Below, one piece after another: positions 1 through 10,377 of a DNA stretch of 64,000 nt. How positions within the stretch are numbered: position 1 is the stretch's first letter; every line of letters starts with the position of its first letter. The notes under the pieces were generated by a model that made no database searches, was not told the origin of the DNA, and worked only from the letters and a program-made list of their open reading frames with translations. The position numbers were made by a program, and so were the translations under genes. This stretch comes from Rhodothermales bacterium (GTDB lineage: Bacteria; Bacteroidota; Rhodothermia; Rhodothermales; VXPQ01): contig JBBDTI010000031.1 of the NCBI GenBank assembly GCA_040904565.1, positions 83,831 through 147,830 on the forward strand, written 5' to 3'.

Positions 1-1308
1 ATTCCCGGCCTTGGAGCCGGATACGGTGCCGTTACGCGCTCTCCACGGTCGCTTGCGACGTTCTTCGGCATCGTGTGCGTAGGGGCGATAAGTGCATGCC
101 TTCTTACAGCGGGTGCTACGGCAAGCACGGTCCTGTTTACGATCTCCCTCGTGTGCATCTCCGTGCTGACTTTGTTTGTCGCCGCCGGCTGGCTCAACGC
201 CCGCGAGCGGTATCTGGCCAGTGAGGAGCGCTACCGGGCCGTCGTCGAGGAGGCCTCGGATGGTATCTTCATGCTCGACCCCGATACGTTCGACGTCCTC
301 GACGCTAACCGCGCCTTCTGCGAGATGCTCGCCGTGTCGCGCGCCGACCTGAGATCGGTTCGGATCAGTGACTATTTCGAGCGTACGTGCGGCATGGATC
401 AGGGGGAGCGTTCGCTGTTTGACAGGGCCGCGAACAGGGTAGAATGTGTCATCCATCGGTCGGACGGATCGAACTTATTCGGAGATCTGAAGATCGACCG
501 GATACGCCACGAGGGCGGAGACGTGTTGAGCGTCGTCGTGCACGACGTTACCTCCCATAAGGAACATGAGGAACGACTTCGGAAGGCTAAGGAGGGGGCG
601 GAAGAAATTGCCCGCTTTAAGTCGGCACTGCTCGCCAACATGAGCCACGAGATTCGTACGCCGCTGAGCAGTATACTCGGTTGGACGTCCGTGTTGGGCA
701 AGGAGGTGACCGACGAGCAGCGGGAGGTGGTTCGACTCATCGAACGAAGTGGAAAGCGGTTGCACAACACGCTGGATTCCGTGTTGGAGCTGGCGCACCT
801 GCAGGCCAACGTCAAGAAGGTGTCGCCCGTTCGCTTCGATCTGCGGGAGACGGTCCGACAGGCGGCCGAGCGGTCACGGCCGGAGATCCAGCAAAAGGGA
901 CTTGCATTGACGATCGGTGGCAACGACGATCCAATGTGGGTCGAGTCGGACCCCGCTTGTCTTCAGCGTGTACTCATGCACCTGCTCGACAATGCAGTGA
1001 AGTTTACGCACGCCGGCCGCATTTCCGTCAAGACGGAGCGCCGCGGCGCGGAGATCGCGGTGTCCGTGACGGATACGGGCATCGGTATCGCGGAGGATTT
1101 CATACCCGCCGCCTTCGACGAATTCAGGCAGCAGTCGGTCGGACTACGGCGTGCGCACGAGGGGAATGGTCTGGGCCTGTCGCTCGCGCGCCGGCTGACG
1201 GACCTCCTGGGCGGTCGGGTGAACGTAGAGTCCGAACAGGGTGTCGGGACGACGATTACGGTGTATCTTCCGGCAGGCATGCTGTCCTCCCGGCGCCTCT
1301 GCGCCTGA
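1..1308 (+). CDS. Membrane-anchored PAS-domain sensor histidine kinase (5'-truncated by window edge)
   Basis: Frame is open from base 1. Hydrophobic segments, PAS (ERYRAVVEEASDGI...ANRAFCEML), H-box LANMSHEIRTPL, N-box LLDNAVKFT, G1 DTGIGI and G2 GNGLGL. Confidence 0.9.
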   Translation: MPGLGAGYGAVTRSPRSLATFFGIVCVGAISACLLTAGATASTVLFTISLVCISVLTLFVAAGWLNARERYLASEERYRAVVEEASDGIFMLDPDTFDVLDANRAFCEMLAVSRADLRSVRISDYFERTCGMDQGERSLFDRAANRVECVIHRSDGSNLFGDLKIDRIRHEGGDVLSVVVHDVTSHKEHEERLRKAKEGAEEIARFKSALLANMSHEIRTPLSSILGWTSVLGKEVTDEQREVVRLIERSGKRLHNTLDSVLELAHLQANVKKVSPVRFDLRETVRQAAERSRPEIQQKGLALTIGGNDDPMWVESDPACLQRVLMHLLDNAVKFTHAGRISVKTERRGAEIAVSVTDTGIGIAEDFIPAAFDEFRQQSVGLRRAHEGNGLGLSLARRLTDLLGGRVNVESEQGVGTTITVYLPAGMLSSRRLCA

Positions 1309-1347
1309 TCGGATGCCGTTACCTCATCAATTGTCCGCTCTGACGCG

Positions 1348-2187
1348 ATGCTTCCAACCGTGGCGGCCGCCTTTCGACTCGTTCGGCCGCTCAACATCAC
1401 CATTATCCTGGCCGGTGTAGCGGCAGGAGTGATTCTTTCCAACGGATCGGTCGTGCTTCCCGCGGAGATTCTGGCTGCCGGCGGACTCGCGGCGGCGGCG
1501 GCCGTGCTTGTAGCCGCCGGTGGGAATGCCCTCAACGATGTCGTTGACCTGCAGATCGATGCCGTCCACAAGGCGGATCGTCCACTCCCATCGGGACGCA
1601 TCTCCATCCGGGCTGCCCGCCTGGTCTGGATGCTGACGACTCTGGCGGGAGTGCTGCTGGGCGCGATCGTTTCGGGACTGCACCTGGGCCTGGCCATCCT
1701 GGCCGCCGTCCTGCTCTACGTCTACAGCACGAAGCTCAAGGGGCGGCCGTTTCTGGGCAACGCTACCGTGGCTTTCGTCGTCGGACTGGCCCTCCTCTAC
1801 GGAGGCCTGGTTGCGGCATCTCCCGAGCACGCCGTCGTGGGTGCCGTGTTTGCGTTTCTTACGACGTTCTCCCGCGAGGTGATCAAAGACGTAGAAGACA
1901 TGGAAGCGGATGCTTCGGCCGGACTCCGAACCGCACCTGTCGTGTACGGCGTCGCCGTTGCACGTTACGTTTCCGTGGGGGGTGTACTGCTCACCGTGCT
2001 GCTCACGCCGATACCTTTTCTCTGGATGGATTACGGCCCGCTGTTTCTTTTACTTGTGCTTCTGGCGGACCTCCTGCTGCTTCGATGCGTCTGGATTTCC
2101 CCCGACCGTCCAGAGGACGCGGCGGCGGCGAGTGCCTGGCTGAAATGGGGGATGGTCGTAGGCATTGCGGCGCTCATTGCGGCATGA
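1348..2187 (+). CDS. UbiA-family prenyltransferase, digeranylgeranylglyceryl-phosphate (DGGGP) synthase-like
   Basis: Multi-TM protein with N-terminal RLVRP, Asp-rich motif 1 GGNALNDVVDLQIDAVHKADRPLPSG and motif 2 REVIKDVEDMEAD. Confidence 0.85.
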   Translation: MLPTVAAAFRLVRPLNITIILAGVAAGVILSNGSVVLPAEILAAGGLAAAAAVLVAAGGNALNDVVDLQIDAVHKADRPLPSGRISIRAARLVWMLTTLAGVLLGAIVSGLHLGLAILAAVLLYVYSTKLKGRPFLGNATVAFVVGLALLYGGLVAASPEHAVVGAVFAFLTTFSREVIKDVEDMEADASAGLRTAPVVYGVAVARYVSVGGVLLTVLLTPIPFLWMDYGPLFLLLVLLADLLLLRCVWISPDRPEDAAAASAWLKWGMVVGIAALIAA

Positions 2188-2266
2188 CGATCCTATTGGA
2201 TCGGTCTGCGTTCCACCGGCGGAACGTGCTCCATACCCATCTGCTCTTCTTCACGCGTATCTACCC

Positions 2267-3490
2267 ATGACGACCTACGACGTGATCGTCGCCGGTGCCG
2301 GCCCGGGAGGAGCCACGGCGGCCGCCGTAGCCGCCCGAGCGGGATTGCGAGTCCTCCTTGTGGATCGTGCGCGGTTTCCGCGCGACAAGGTTTGCGGTGA
2401 CGCGCTGAGCGGTAAGACGGTTGATGTAATGAATAGACTCGGGATCACGGATGCCGTCGCGACGGCATCTTCCGTCGATTCATGGGGCGTCCTGTTCGGG
2501 AGTCCGGGTGGCAGCGAAGTCGTCATTCCGTTTGCGGAGCCGAACGACGAGATGGATCCACCCGGATACCTTTGCGCCCGCGAGATCTTCGACGAACTCG
2601 TAGTGCAGTGTGCCGTGGAGGAAGGCGCGGATCTGTGCGAGCAGACCGTGGTAGAGGGACTCATCCGGTCGGGAGAGCGCGTGACGGGGGTTCGATTGCG
2701 CGAGGGCACGTCGCGCCGCGACGAACACGCTCGAGTCGTCATCGGCGCCGACGGTGCATATTCGGCCGTGGCACGGGCCCTTGGCTTCGTACAGCTGGAT
2801 GCGCGGCATTACTACGCGGGCGTTCGAGGCTATTACCGCGGGGTGACCGGCTTCCGCCCGGGCAACGTGATCGAGCTGCACTTTGTGGAGGAGGCTATTC
2901 CGGGCTACTTCTGGATTTTTCCGATGGCTGACGGCATGGTAAACGTCGGCATGGGCACGCTGAGCGCGCGCATCAAGCGGAAGGACGTCAGGCTCAAAGA
3001 AGTGCTCCGGACCACGGTGGAAAGTCCGCGCTTCCGGGCCCGTTTCGAACGGTCGGAACGGATCGGCCCCGTACGTGGATGGGGCATGCCGCTGGGTTCG
3101 TCGCCGCGCCCGATGGCCGGCGCCGGATGGATGCTCGTCGGCGACGCTGCCAGTCTGATCGATCCGTTTACGGGGGAGGGGATCGGTAATGCCATGCTCT
3201 CGGGCGAGATGGCGGGCAGATGGGCCGCGCGAGCCCGGGAGGCGGATGACGCGAGCGCTGCGTTCCTTCAATCGTATGAACGTGACGTTCACCGAGCCCT
3301 CGATGCGGAATTACGGCTCAGCTATACGCTGCGCCGCCTCGAACGATGGCGGTGGCTTCTCGATACCGTCATCCGAAAGGCGGAACGTAATCCGGAGGTC
3401 GCGTGGACCATCAGCAGCATGTTTAACGATCTCGGCGCACGCGAGCGTCTGACCTCTCCCTTATTTTATCTCCGATTATTGATGTCCTGA
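2267..3490 (+). CDS. Geranylgeranyl reductase family FAD-dependent oxidoreductase
   Basis: GAGPGG dinucleotide fold, FPRDKVCGD, GADG, GYFWIFP, VGDAASLIDPFTGEGIGNAM. ATG at 2267 preferred over the track start at 2165. Confidence 0.88.
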   Translation: MTTYDVIVAGAGPGGATAAAVAARAGLRVLLVDRARFPRDKVCGDALSGKTVDVMNRLGITDAVATASSVDSWGVLFGSPGGSEVVIPFAEPNDEMDPPGYLCAREIFDELVVQCAVEEGADLCEQTVVEGLIRSGERVTGVRLREGTSRRDEHARVVIGADGAYSAVARALGFVQLDARHYYAGVRGYYRGVTGFRPGNVIELHFVEEAIPGYFWIFPMADGMVNVGMGTLSARIKRKDVRLKEVLRTTVESPRFRARFERSERIGPVRGWGMPLGSSPRPMAGAGWMLVGDAASLIDPFTGEGIGNAMLSGEMAGRWAARAREADDASAAFLQSYERDVHRALDAELRLSYTLRRLERWRWLLDTVIRKAERNPEVAWTISSMFNDLGARERLTSPLFYLRLLMS

Positions 3491-3567
3491 CGAGGTCCAG
3501 GCCGGCGGATGCTCCGCCTGTGCCATGAGGCCTCGGTGGAACGATCAGACCGCCTCTTCGCCGCTCG

Positions 3568-4770
3568 ATGACCATGACCACTGCCGTTTATTTTTTTGCC
3601 GTTCCGGCTGCCACCTATCTCACGCTCGTCGCTGCCGGTGCCGTGGGATTCCGGCGGACGGGGATGGCGGTGCCTTCGCGAGGGGGCGATGGGTCGCTCC
3701 CGTCGGTCAGCGTCGTCAACCCGGCTCGCAATGAGGAAGGCGCCATCCGCGCCTGCATCGAATCCGTCCTGGCGAACGAGTATCCGGACGACCGGTTGGA
3801 GGTCATCGTCGTCGACGATGGTTCGGAAGATCGAACGCCGGTCATCGTGCGGCAGATGGCCGGCCGCCGGAGACGTGCTGCCGCCGGGTACGAACCGGAC
3901 GAAACGGGCCTCAATGCGGGCGGCGAGATCCTCAGGCTGGTGAACGTTTCGCACGATCCGGACCAGCGGATCGCGCACAAGAAGGAGGCGCTTCGCCGCG
4001 GGGTCGAGGCGTCCAGGGGGAGGATCATCCTGACGACCGACGCCGATTGCAGGGTCGAGCCGACGTGGATCCGGGCAATGGTCGACCGTTTCGACGACGA
4101 CACGGGCATGGTTACGGGCCCCGTCCTGTATCGTCGCGACGGCTCGTTTTTTGGAGACGTGCAGGCTCTCGAGTTCCTCGGACTCGTTGCCCTGGGAGGC
4201 GGGCTGGCCGCCGTCGGCCGCCCGCATCTGTGCAACAGCGCAAACCTCGCGTATCGCCGCGAGGTGTATGAAGAGATCGGTGGCTACGAAGAACTCGGAC
4301 ACGTTTCGACGGGGGACGATGAAATGCTCATGCATCGCGTGGCGTTCGATACGTCGTGGAAGGTGCGTACCTGCATGCAGGCGGAGGCCGTCGTGGAGAC
4401 CGAGGCAAATCAATCCCTGAAGGAATTCTTTCAGCAGCGCCGCCGCTGGGCGTCCGCCCATGCCAGATATCCGCACGTCCATCTCGTCGTCATCAGCGTT
4501 CTGTGCTACATCTTCTACGTCGGACTGGCAGGCGGACTGGCTGCTGCGCTGTTTTGGCCGGATGTGCGAGGGATCGTAGCCCTGTCGTTCGTGTTGAAAG
4601 GTGCCATAGAAGCATCCCTCCTCGTCCCAGCATCAACGCGGTTCGAGCGAACTGCGTTGATGCGTCTTTTCATTCCCGCACAGTTCCTTCAGATCATCTA
4701 CGTTCTGGTGATCGGTGTCGCCGGAACGTTCGGAAGCTATGAATGGAAGGGACGCCGCGTACCGCGGTAG
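3568..4770 (+). CDS. Membrane glycosyltransferase family 2
   Basis: SVVNPARNEE, VDDGSED, TTDADC (DxD), GDD and QRRRW motifs. N- and C-terminal TM helices. Confidence 0.9.
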   Translation: MTMTTAVYFFAVPAATYLTLVAAGAVGFRRTGMAVPSRGGDGSLPSVSVVNPARNEEGAIRACIESVLANEYPDDRLEVIVVDDGSEDRTPVIVRQMAGRRRRAAAGYEPDETGLNAGGEILRLVNVSHDPDQRIAHKKEALRRGVEASRGRIILTTDADCRVEPTWIRAMVDRFDDDTGMVTGPVLYRRDGSFFGDVQALEFLGLVALGGGLAAVGRPHLCNSANLAYRREVYEEIGGYEELGHVSTGDDEMLMHRVAFDTSWKVRTCMQAEAVVETEANQSLKEFFQQRRRWASAHARYPHVHLVVISVLCYIFYVGLAGGLAAALFWPDVRGIVALSFVLKGAIEASLLVPASTRFERTALMRLFIPAQFLQIIYVLVIGVAGTFGSYEWKGRRVPR

Positions 4771-4794
4771 TAAGGCGAACTCTCGAACACCCGC

Positions 4795-5328
4795 ATGTCC
4801 GACAGCACGAGATTCGACGTAGCAGTCGTTGAGAAGGCCCGCAAGGGAGACGACGCGGCCCTGCGAACGGTCGTGGAAAAGGTCGAGCCGATGCTGCGGG
4901 CCTATTTCACGTCGCGTATAGGCCGACGTTCGGAAGTCGACGATCTGGTGCAGAATACGCTCGTCCGCCTGCATCGCGGCATCAGCGACCTCAATGACGC
5001 CAGACGATTGAAGTCGTTCACGATGAAGGCAGCCGTATTCGAGCTGCAGGACTACTATCGCGGGAGGTACCGTGCGAAAGAGCACCTCTACGATCCCGAT
5101 CATCCGCCCACCGCTGCCTCTTCGTCGGAGCCACCGGCCGGCACCCACTACGATTTCGAGCGGGTGATGAGCATTCTGTCCGACAAGGCCCGCACTATTC
5201 TCGAGATGCGCGAGTACGGCTATCTGTATGCCGAGATCGCTGATGCACTCGACACCACGGAGGCTGCCGTGAAAATGCAGGTCAAGCGGGCGTTCGAGAA
5301 GCTTCGTGAGACGTTCGATGACACCTGA
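4795..5328 (+). CDS. ECF RNA polymerase sigma-70 factor
   Basis: 177 aa. Region 2 (DDLVQNTLVRL) and region 4 HTH (YAEIADALDTTEAAVKMQVKRA). Sits upstream of a FecR gene. Confidence 0.9.
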   Translation: MSDSTRFDVAVVEKARKGDDAALRTVVEKVEPMLRAYFTSRIGRRSEVDDLVQNTLVRLHRGISDLNDARRLKSFTMKAAVFELQDYYRGRYRAKEHLYDPDHPPTAASSSEPPAGTHYDFERVMSILSDKARTILEMREYGYLYAEIADALDTTEAAVKMQVKRAFEKLRETFDDT

Positions 5329-5479
5329 ACTGGAAAAACTCCGTTACCTTTCGCGCGCTTCTGGCGGCTTACAAGAAGCACGAGCTACGGCTAGATCTGC
5401 CTCCGCCGGGGTGTCGTGCCGCCATCGATACGTATGTGTCGATATCCATTTATCGATTTTCCACCCGCAAGGCTAGCTA

Positions 5480-6682
5480 ATGGACCCCTCGATCGAACAT
5501 ATCGTCTTCTACGACGATTTGTCTGCCGAGCAGACGGGCGAGTTGCGACGGATCGTTGCCATCGATCCGGAGGCGGAAGCCCTGCTGCTCCGCTGGCGCG
5601 CCGTTCGGACGGAGCTCGCGCGTGCGCTCAATACAGATATGGTGGACCGGGAGGTCTTTCTCCTTTACGTCCTCTCGCGGCACGGGCGCAGTCGTTCGCT
5701 TTCGCCTGCTGAACGAGACCGCGTCGAAGAGGCCGCTCCCGAGATCGAGAAGGCGCTCCGCCGCCGTTCGAGCCTGTCGATAATTGCAAAGCAGGTGCGT
5801 TCGGACGTAGAGGCGTTTGAGGCGATCTGGAGCGACTGGTTTGACGACACGGATGCAACGAAAGGCGACGGGCGTTCTGCATCGCCGCGACGTGCCGTTC
5901 GCCGCGCTCGTCCGGCCGTTGCTCGACGCTCCGGCGCGCGACGCTGGGTCGTTCGCGCAGGAATTGGAGTTACTTTCGCCGTTTTTGCGGCGCTCCTTAT
6001 TCTTGTAGGTCAGCGTGAGTTCGCCTCTGAGACGATAACGACGGCGCCGGGTGAGGTGCACGTGGTAGAAATCGGTGGTGGCTCGGTCGTCCGCATGCTC
6101 GGCGATTCCCGCCTCACGTACGTCCCTCCGGGAAGGGGCTTCCTGGTGGATCGGCAAGCCGCGTTCGAGGGGCGGGGGTTTTTCGACATCGCGCCGGCGG
6201 CTCGGGGGTTTGTATTGAAGACGCCGAACGCTCAGGCCGTGGTGCTGGGTACGTCCTTCGGGGTGCAGGCGGACGAAAATGTGACCGAGGTCGTGCTTTC
6301 GCAAGGAAGCCTGTCACTGGCATCTCGCCAGACGCCGGACCGTGTCGTGGTGCTGTCATCCGGCCAGCTGAGCCGGGTCGCCGCCTCGCAGCTCCCGTCG
6401 GACCCCGTCGACGTGCGCGTACACGATCGGCTGGCATGGACCGGGCTGTTCGTGTTCAGGGCCACGACGGTCCGAGACATCCTGACGACGTTGAACCAGG
6501 CATACGACGTCCCGTTGACGGCGGACGAGCCCCTTCTGGAGGAACGCGTGACGGGCCGGTTCGAACGGACGCAGACGCTCGACGATATCCTCGATGTGAT
6601 CGCGGCCTCCGTAGGAGCCCGGGTGGAAGCGACATCGGAGGGAGCCTATCGCCTCGCCGCCTCCCCGTCACCACGCCGGTAG
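5480..6682 (+). CDS. FecR-family anti-sigma/sensor protein
   Basis: Single TM followed by TAPGE...GGSVVRM, EGRGFFDI, VLGTSFGV, LAWTGLFVF and C-terminal VTGRF, a FecR/DUF4974-like layout. Confidence 0.85.
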   Translation: MDPSIEHIVFYDDLSAEQTGELRRIVAIDPEAEALLLRWRAVRTELARALNTDMVDREVFLLYVLSRHGRSRSLSPAERDRVEEAAPEIEKALRRRSSLSIIAKQVRSDVEAFEAIWSDWFDDTDATKGDGRSASPRRAVRRARPAVARRSGARRWVVRAGIGVTFAVFAALLILVGQREFASETITTAPGEVHVVEIGGGSVVRMLGDSRLTYVPPGRGFLVDRQAAFEGRGFFDIAPAARGFVLKTPNAQAVVLGTSFGVQADENVTEVVLSQGSLSLASRQTPDRVVVLSSGQLSRVAASQLPSDPVDVRVHDRLAWTGLFVFRATTVRDILTTLNQAYDVPLTADEPLLEERVTGRFERTQTLDDILDVIAASVGARVEATSEGAYRLAASPSPRR

Positions 6683-6800
6683 AACGTGAAGGCCCGGTCG
6701 GCGCGCGCACGACAGCCGGCCACGCCCCGTTGAACAGCGACCGTCCCAGGATTATCTTTTGCCCCAGCCGAACTGGCGGCAAATCAATATCGTGGGCGGT

Positions 6801-9422
6801 GTGCGCAAGCTCTTTTCCCTTATAGTTCTCCTCCTCGTCACGGCACCGGCTGCAGCGCAGGCGCTTCGGGTGGATGTGGATGACGGCGCGTTGCGGGAGG
6901 CCCTACTTACGGTGCGCGAGCAGGCCGGGGTCGATGTCGTGTTCTCAGAGCGACTCGTGCGCGGTAAACGATCGACCTGCTCCTACGACGGATCGGACGT
7001 GGTCGGTGCGCTTGCGTGCGTGCTCCGAGATACCGGACTCGAAGCCCAGCGGGTTCGGCGCAACCAGTATGTCGTCGTGCAGTCGTCGGCAGAGGCCGCC
7101 TCTTCCGAGCCGGATCGGGTGACGCTTGCCGGATACGTCGTTGATGGGCACACCGATGAGGTCCTTCCGGGCGCACACGTTTATCTGCCGGATCTCCGGG
7201 TGGGGACCGTCACGAACGAGGCCGGATTCTTCGCCCTGCCGTCGTTGCCTCCCGTCGACTATCGCGTTCGGGTTTCCTATCTCGGATATGCGCCCGTGGA
7301 GAGGCGACTCACGGGTGGTGGGGTGAAGCATACGATACCGCTCGATCCGGCCACGCTGACGAGCGGCTCCATTCTGGTAGAAAGCGAGGCCGAGGATGAG
7401 ACCGAGTTTACCAGCGTGCCCGGGCTCTTGGCGGAGTCACTGAGTCGGCTGGAGGCGCTGCCCTCCTTTCCCGGCGAGTCCGACCTGTTTCAGGCCCTGC
7501 AGTGGTTCCCTGGGATCCGGAAGACCGGCGAAGTGAACGGAGGGATGGTGATTCGTGGAGCGCCTCCCGACCAGAATCTATATCTACTCGACGGGGCACC
7601 GGTGTATCATCCCTGGCATGCGTTCAGCCTGATCTCCATCTTCCAGACGGAAACGTTCAAGAGCATCAAGCTGTACCGCGGATCCTTCCCTTCGGAGTAC
7701 GGCGGGCGGATTTCCTCCGTTCTGGATGCGCAGATGAAAGACGGCTCCCGCCGCGGGCCGCGGCTCCTCGTGGGCCTGAGTCCAATCAGCGCCCGGTTCA
7801 TCGTGGAGGCTCCGGCGGCGGAGAACAGCTCGTTCATGGTAGCGGGGCGGCGCTCGTATATCGACAAGCTCATCGGCCGCGAGCATCCAGTGGAGAATTC
7901 GTCCGGTCGCCGCGACACGCTGCGTACGGGGTATTACTTTTACGACGCGAGCGCAAAGTTTACACACCGCTTCCGGCGCGGCGATCGACTCTCCGTCAGC
8001 TACTACCACGGCGGCGACGACCTGGACCTGCGGCTGCCGTTCGATCTGTCTCTCGATTTTTCCTCCTGGCTGCGGCCCACCGATCTCTTTTTCGAGGTAG
8101 TGCACCGGTGGGAAAACCGGTTGATCAGCAGCCGCTACCAGCATCTGCTGTCCGATCGGCTGTTTGCGACCGTAACCGCGTATTCATCGTCCTATCTTGC
8201 CCGTGAAGGCGCTTTCTTGCGCCCGACGACGACGTCGGCGATGGAATCGGACTACCGGGTCGATCTTCGTGAGACGGGTCTCAAGCTGGATGTGGAATAT
8301 TTCCGATCGCTGGATCACCAATTTCAGGCGGGAATACACGCCGTAAAACGGGATTTCGAGTCCTCGCTCGATGCCACCATTCGACGTTCTGCCAGCAGCA
8401 CGGACGACCTGTCGCAGGTCAGTGCCGCGAACGAGTCCGAGGTGTCGATCTACGTGCAGGACTGGTGGCAACCGGGGGACAGGTGGACCGTTAGGCCCGG
8501 CCTGCGGATGAGCGTGTTCGGTGGGGGGCTCTACACACATGCGGTTCCCGGTCTTTCCTTCGAGTACGCCGTGGACCCGCAGTTTCTACGCCTCAAGATG
8601 GGCGTGGGACGTCACGTCCAGTACCTGCACCGTCTTCGCGACCGTTATGCCTTTACGTACGATCTGGTGACCAGCCGCTGGATACCGGCCGACGAGACCG
8701 TGCAGCCCTCGACGGCATACCAGGTGTCCGGGGGATTCGCGAGTCGCCTGTCGGACGGCGTGTTGGTCGAAGCGGATGCGTACTTTCGGGATGTCGACGG
8801 GGCGCTGCTTCCGGAAGACGAGTTCCGCACGAAGAACGATCTCGTCGGTCCGGGTATCGACGTGGGTGAACTTCTCGGTCAGTACGTCCCGGGGGAAGCC
8901 AGAGCCTATGGGATCGAGCTTTCCGCCCGGGTCGTGCGCCCGGACTGGTCTCTGCGGCTCATTTATGCCGGAGGGAGGTCGCTTACGCGCTCGGCGTTGC
9001 TGGGCGAAGACTCGTATCGATCGGCCCGGTACGACGTACCTCGATCGTTGAGAGTGCTCGGTTCGCGCGAGCTGGGCAATTGGCGGCTCATGGCGTCCCT
9101 GGACCTTCGCAGCGGTTACCCGACAAGCGTCCCTGTGGCCCAGTACGTCGTCGGCGACCCCCTCGACGAAGACCAGCGGTATCTTCATCGCCCGCAGGTG
9201 AATAACGGTCGCCTGCCTCCCTATTTCAGGATGGACCTCTCCGCGGAACGCGATTTTCGGATGCTGGGGGCGGACTGGACGGCCCGCGTGCACCTCTACA
9301 ATGCCATGAACCGTCGAAACGTGATCGCCAGGCAGTATGTGCCGTCGGCCGACGGCCTGGAGGTTCAGAATCGTAGAGGACTGCCCATCCTACCACTTTT
9401 CGATATCGAAATGCGCCTCTAA
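6801..9422 (+). CDS. TonB-dependent receptor with N-terminal STN signalling domain and carboxypeptidase-regulatory-like domain
   Basis: Signal peptide MRKLFSLIVLLLVTAPAAAQ (GTG at 6801), GYVVDGHTDEVLPGA...TNEAGFF, plug IRGAPPDQNLYLLDG, YRGSFPSEYGGRISSV, beta-barrel-like C-terminus. Confidence 0.9.
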   Translation: MRKLFSLIVLLLVTAPAAAQALRVDVDDGALREALLTVREQAGVDVVFSERLVRGKRSTCSYDGSDVVGALACVLRDTGLEAQRVRRNQYVVVQSSAEAASSEPDRVTLAGYVVDGHTDEVLPGAHVYLPDLRVGTVTNEAGFFALPSLPPVDYRVRVSYLGYAPVERRLTGGGVKHTIPLDPATLTSGSILVESEAEDETEFTSVPGLLAESLSRLEALPSFPGESDLFQALQWFPGIRKTGEVNGGMVIRGAPPDQNLYLLDGAPVYHPWHAFSLISIFQTETFKSIKLYRGSFPSEYGGRISSVLDAQMKDGSRRGPRLLVGLSPISARFIVEAPAAENSSFMVAGRRSYIDKLIGREHPVENSSGRRDTLRTGYYFYDASAKFTHRFRRGDRLSVSYYHGGDDLDLRLPFDLSLDFSSWLRPTDLFFEVVHRWENRLISSRYQHLLSDRLFATVTAYSSSYLAREGAFLRPTTTSAMESDYRVDLRETGLKLDVEYFRSLDHQFQAGIHAVKRDFESSLDATIRRSASSTDDLSQVSAANESEVSIYVQDWWQPGDRWTVRPGLRMSVFGGGLYTHAVPGLSFEYAVDPQFLRLKMGVGRHVQYLHRLRDRYAFTYDLVTSRWIPADETVQPSTAYQVSGGFASRLSDGVLVEADAYFRDVDGALLPEDEFRTKNDLVGPGIDVGELLGQYVPGEARAYGIELSARVVRPDWSLRLIYAGGRSLTRSALLGEDSYRSARYDVPRSLRVLGSRELGNWRLMASLDLRSGYPTSVPVAQYVVGDPLDEDQRYLHRPQVNNGRLPPYFRMDLSAERDFRMLGADWTARVHLYNAMNRRNVIARQYVPSADGLEVQNRRGLPILPLFDIEMRL

Positions 9423-9447
9423 CGTGCACCTCCGGACCCACATATCG

Positions 9448-10377
9448 ATGGTCTGCCTGATGGCCGCGCTGATGCTCTTCGGCACGGCTTGCGACACCGT
9501 GGCCCCGGTCGACGAATCGCGACTCGTGGTCGAGGGCTACCTGACCAGTGGCGGGCCACTTTCAACCGTTCAGGTCCGGCGCACGGTCTCCCCGAACGGT
9601 CCGTACGATCCCGCTCGAGCCGCCGTGGACGATGCGACGGTTGAGCTATTCATCGGGGGGTCCACGATTTCCTTTGCCCCGGACTCGAAGGAAAAAGGAA
9701 CGTACCGTCCCGGCTCCACGGGTGAGACGATGGTGGCGGCCGGACAATCGTTTTCCTTTCGGGCGGCCTGGCGGGGTACCGTCGCGGAGGCTTCCGGCAT
9801 CGTACCTCCTACCGTAAAGCTCGGTGAAGTGGACGTAACGGTGCCGGACGAACCGATATCCGCGGTGCTGCTGGATTCACTCGTGCTGTCCGACTCCATC
9901 GCTACAGGGCTTTACACCGGATATATCTATCCGATAGAGGTCGCGATCTCCTGGAACGACACGACGGTGCAGGGGTGGTCGCCGGAGTCGTCGTGGATCC
10001 GTGCACAGATCAGACCGTTTTCCGCATTCTCTTCCCCAGTGATCGATCTCTTTCTGCGATCCGACGAAATATTCAGAGAAGCAGAGCAGATGACGATCGA
10101 CGGGAAACGAAGGTGGACCGGTCTCTATGCCGTCGGCGTCAGGAATGAGGACGACCCGCTACCACTTCACCGCGTGCGCATATCCATCATACGTTCAAGC
10201 TCCGATTACGCCCGCTTCGCGGCCAGCAAGGACGCCCCCGAGCGGCGTGAGCCGGTTACCAACCTCAGTGGTGCCGTCGGCATTTTCGCAGCCATCGCCG
10301 TCGACTCCGTAGACGTGTACGTGGAGCCGGACGGATCATCGTCGATAGCATCCCATCCGCGAGAAGTGGTACGATGA
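9448..10377 (+). CDS. DUF4249-like lipoprotein associated with the TonB receptor
   Basis: Lipobox LFGTAC, RLVVEGYL and C-terminal TNLSGAVGIFAA. Directly follows the receptor. Start could be GTG 9424. Confidence 0.75.
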   Translation: MVCLMAALMLFGTACDTVAPVDESRLVVEGYLTSGGPLSTVQVRRTVSPNGPYDPARAAVDDATVELFIGGSTISFAPDSKEKGTYRPGSTGETMVAAGQSFSFRAAWRGTVAEASGIVPPTVKLGEVDVTVPDEPISAVLLDSLVLSDSIATGLYTGYIYPIEVAISWNDTTVQGWSPESSWIRAQIRPFSAFSSPVIDLFLRSDEIFREAEQMTIDGKRRWTGLYAVGVRNEDDPLPLHRVRISIIRSSSDYARFAASKDAPERREPVTNLSGAVGIFAAIAVDSVDVYVEPDGSSSIASHPREVVR

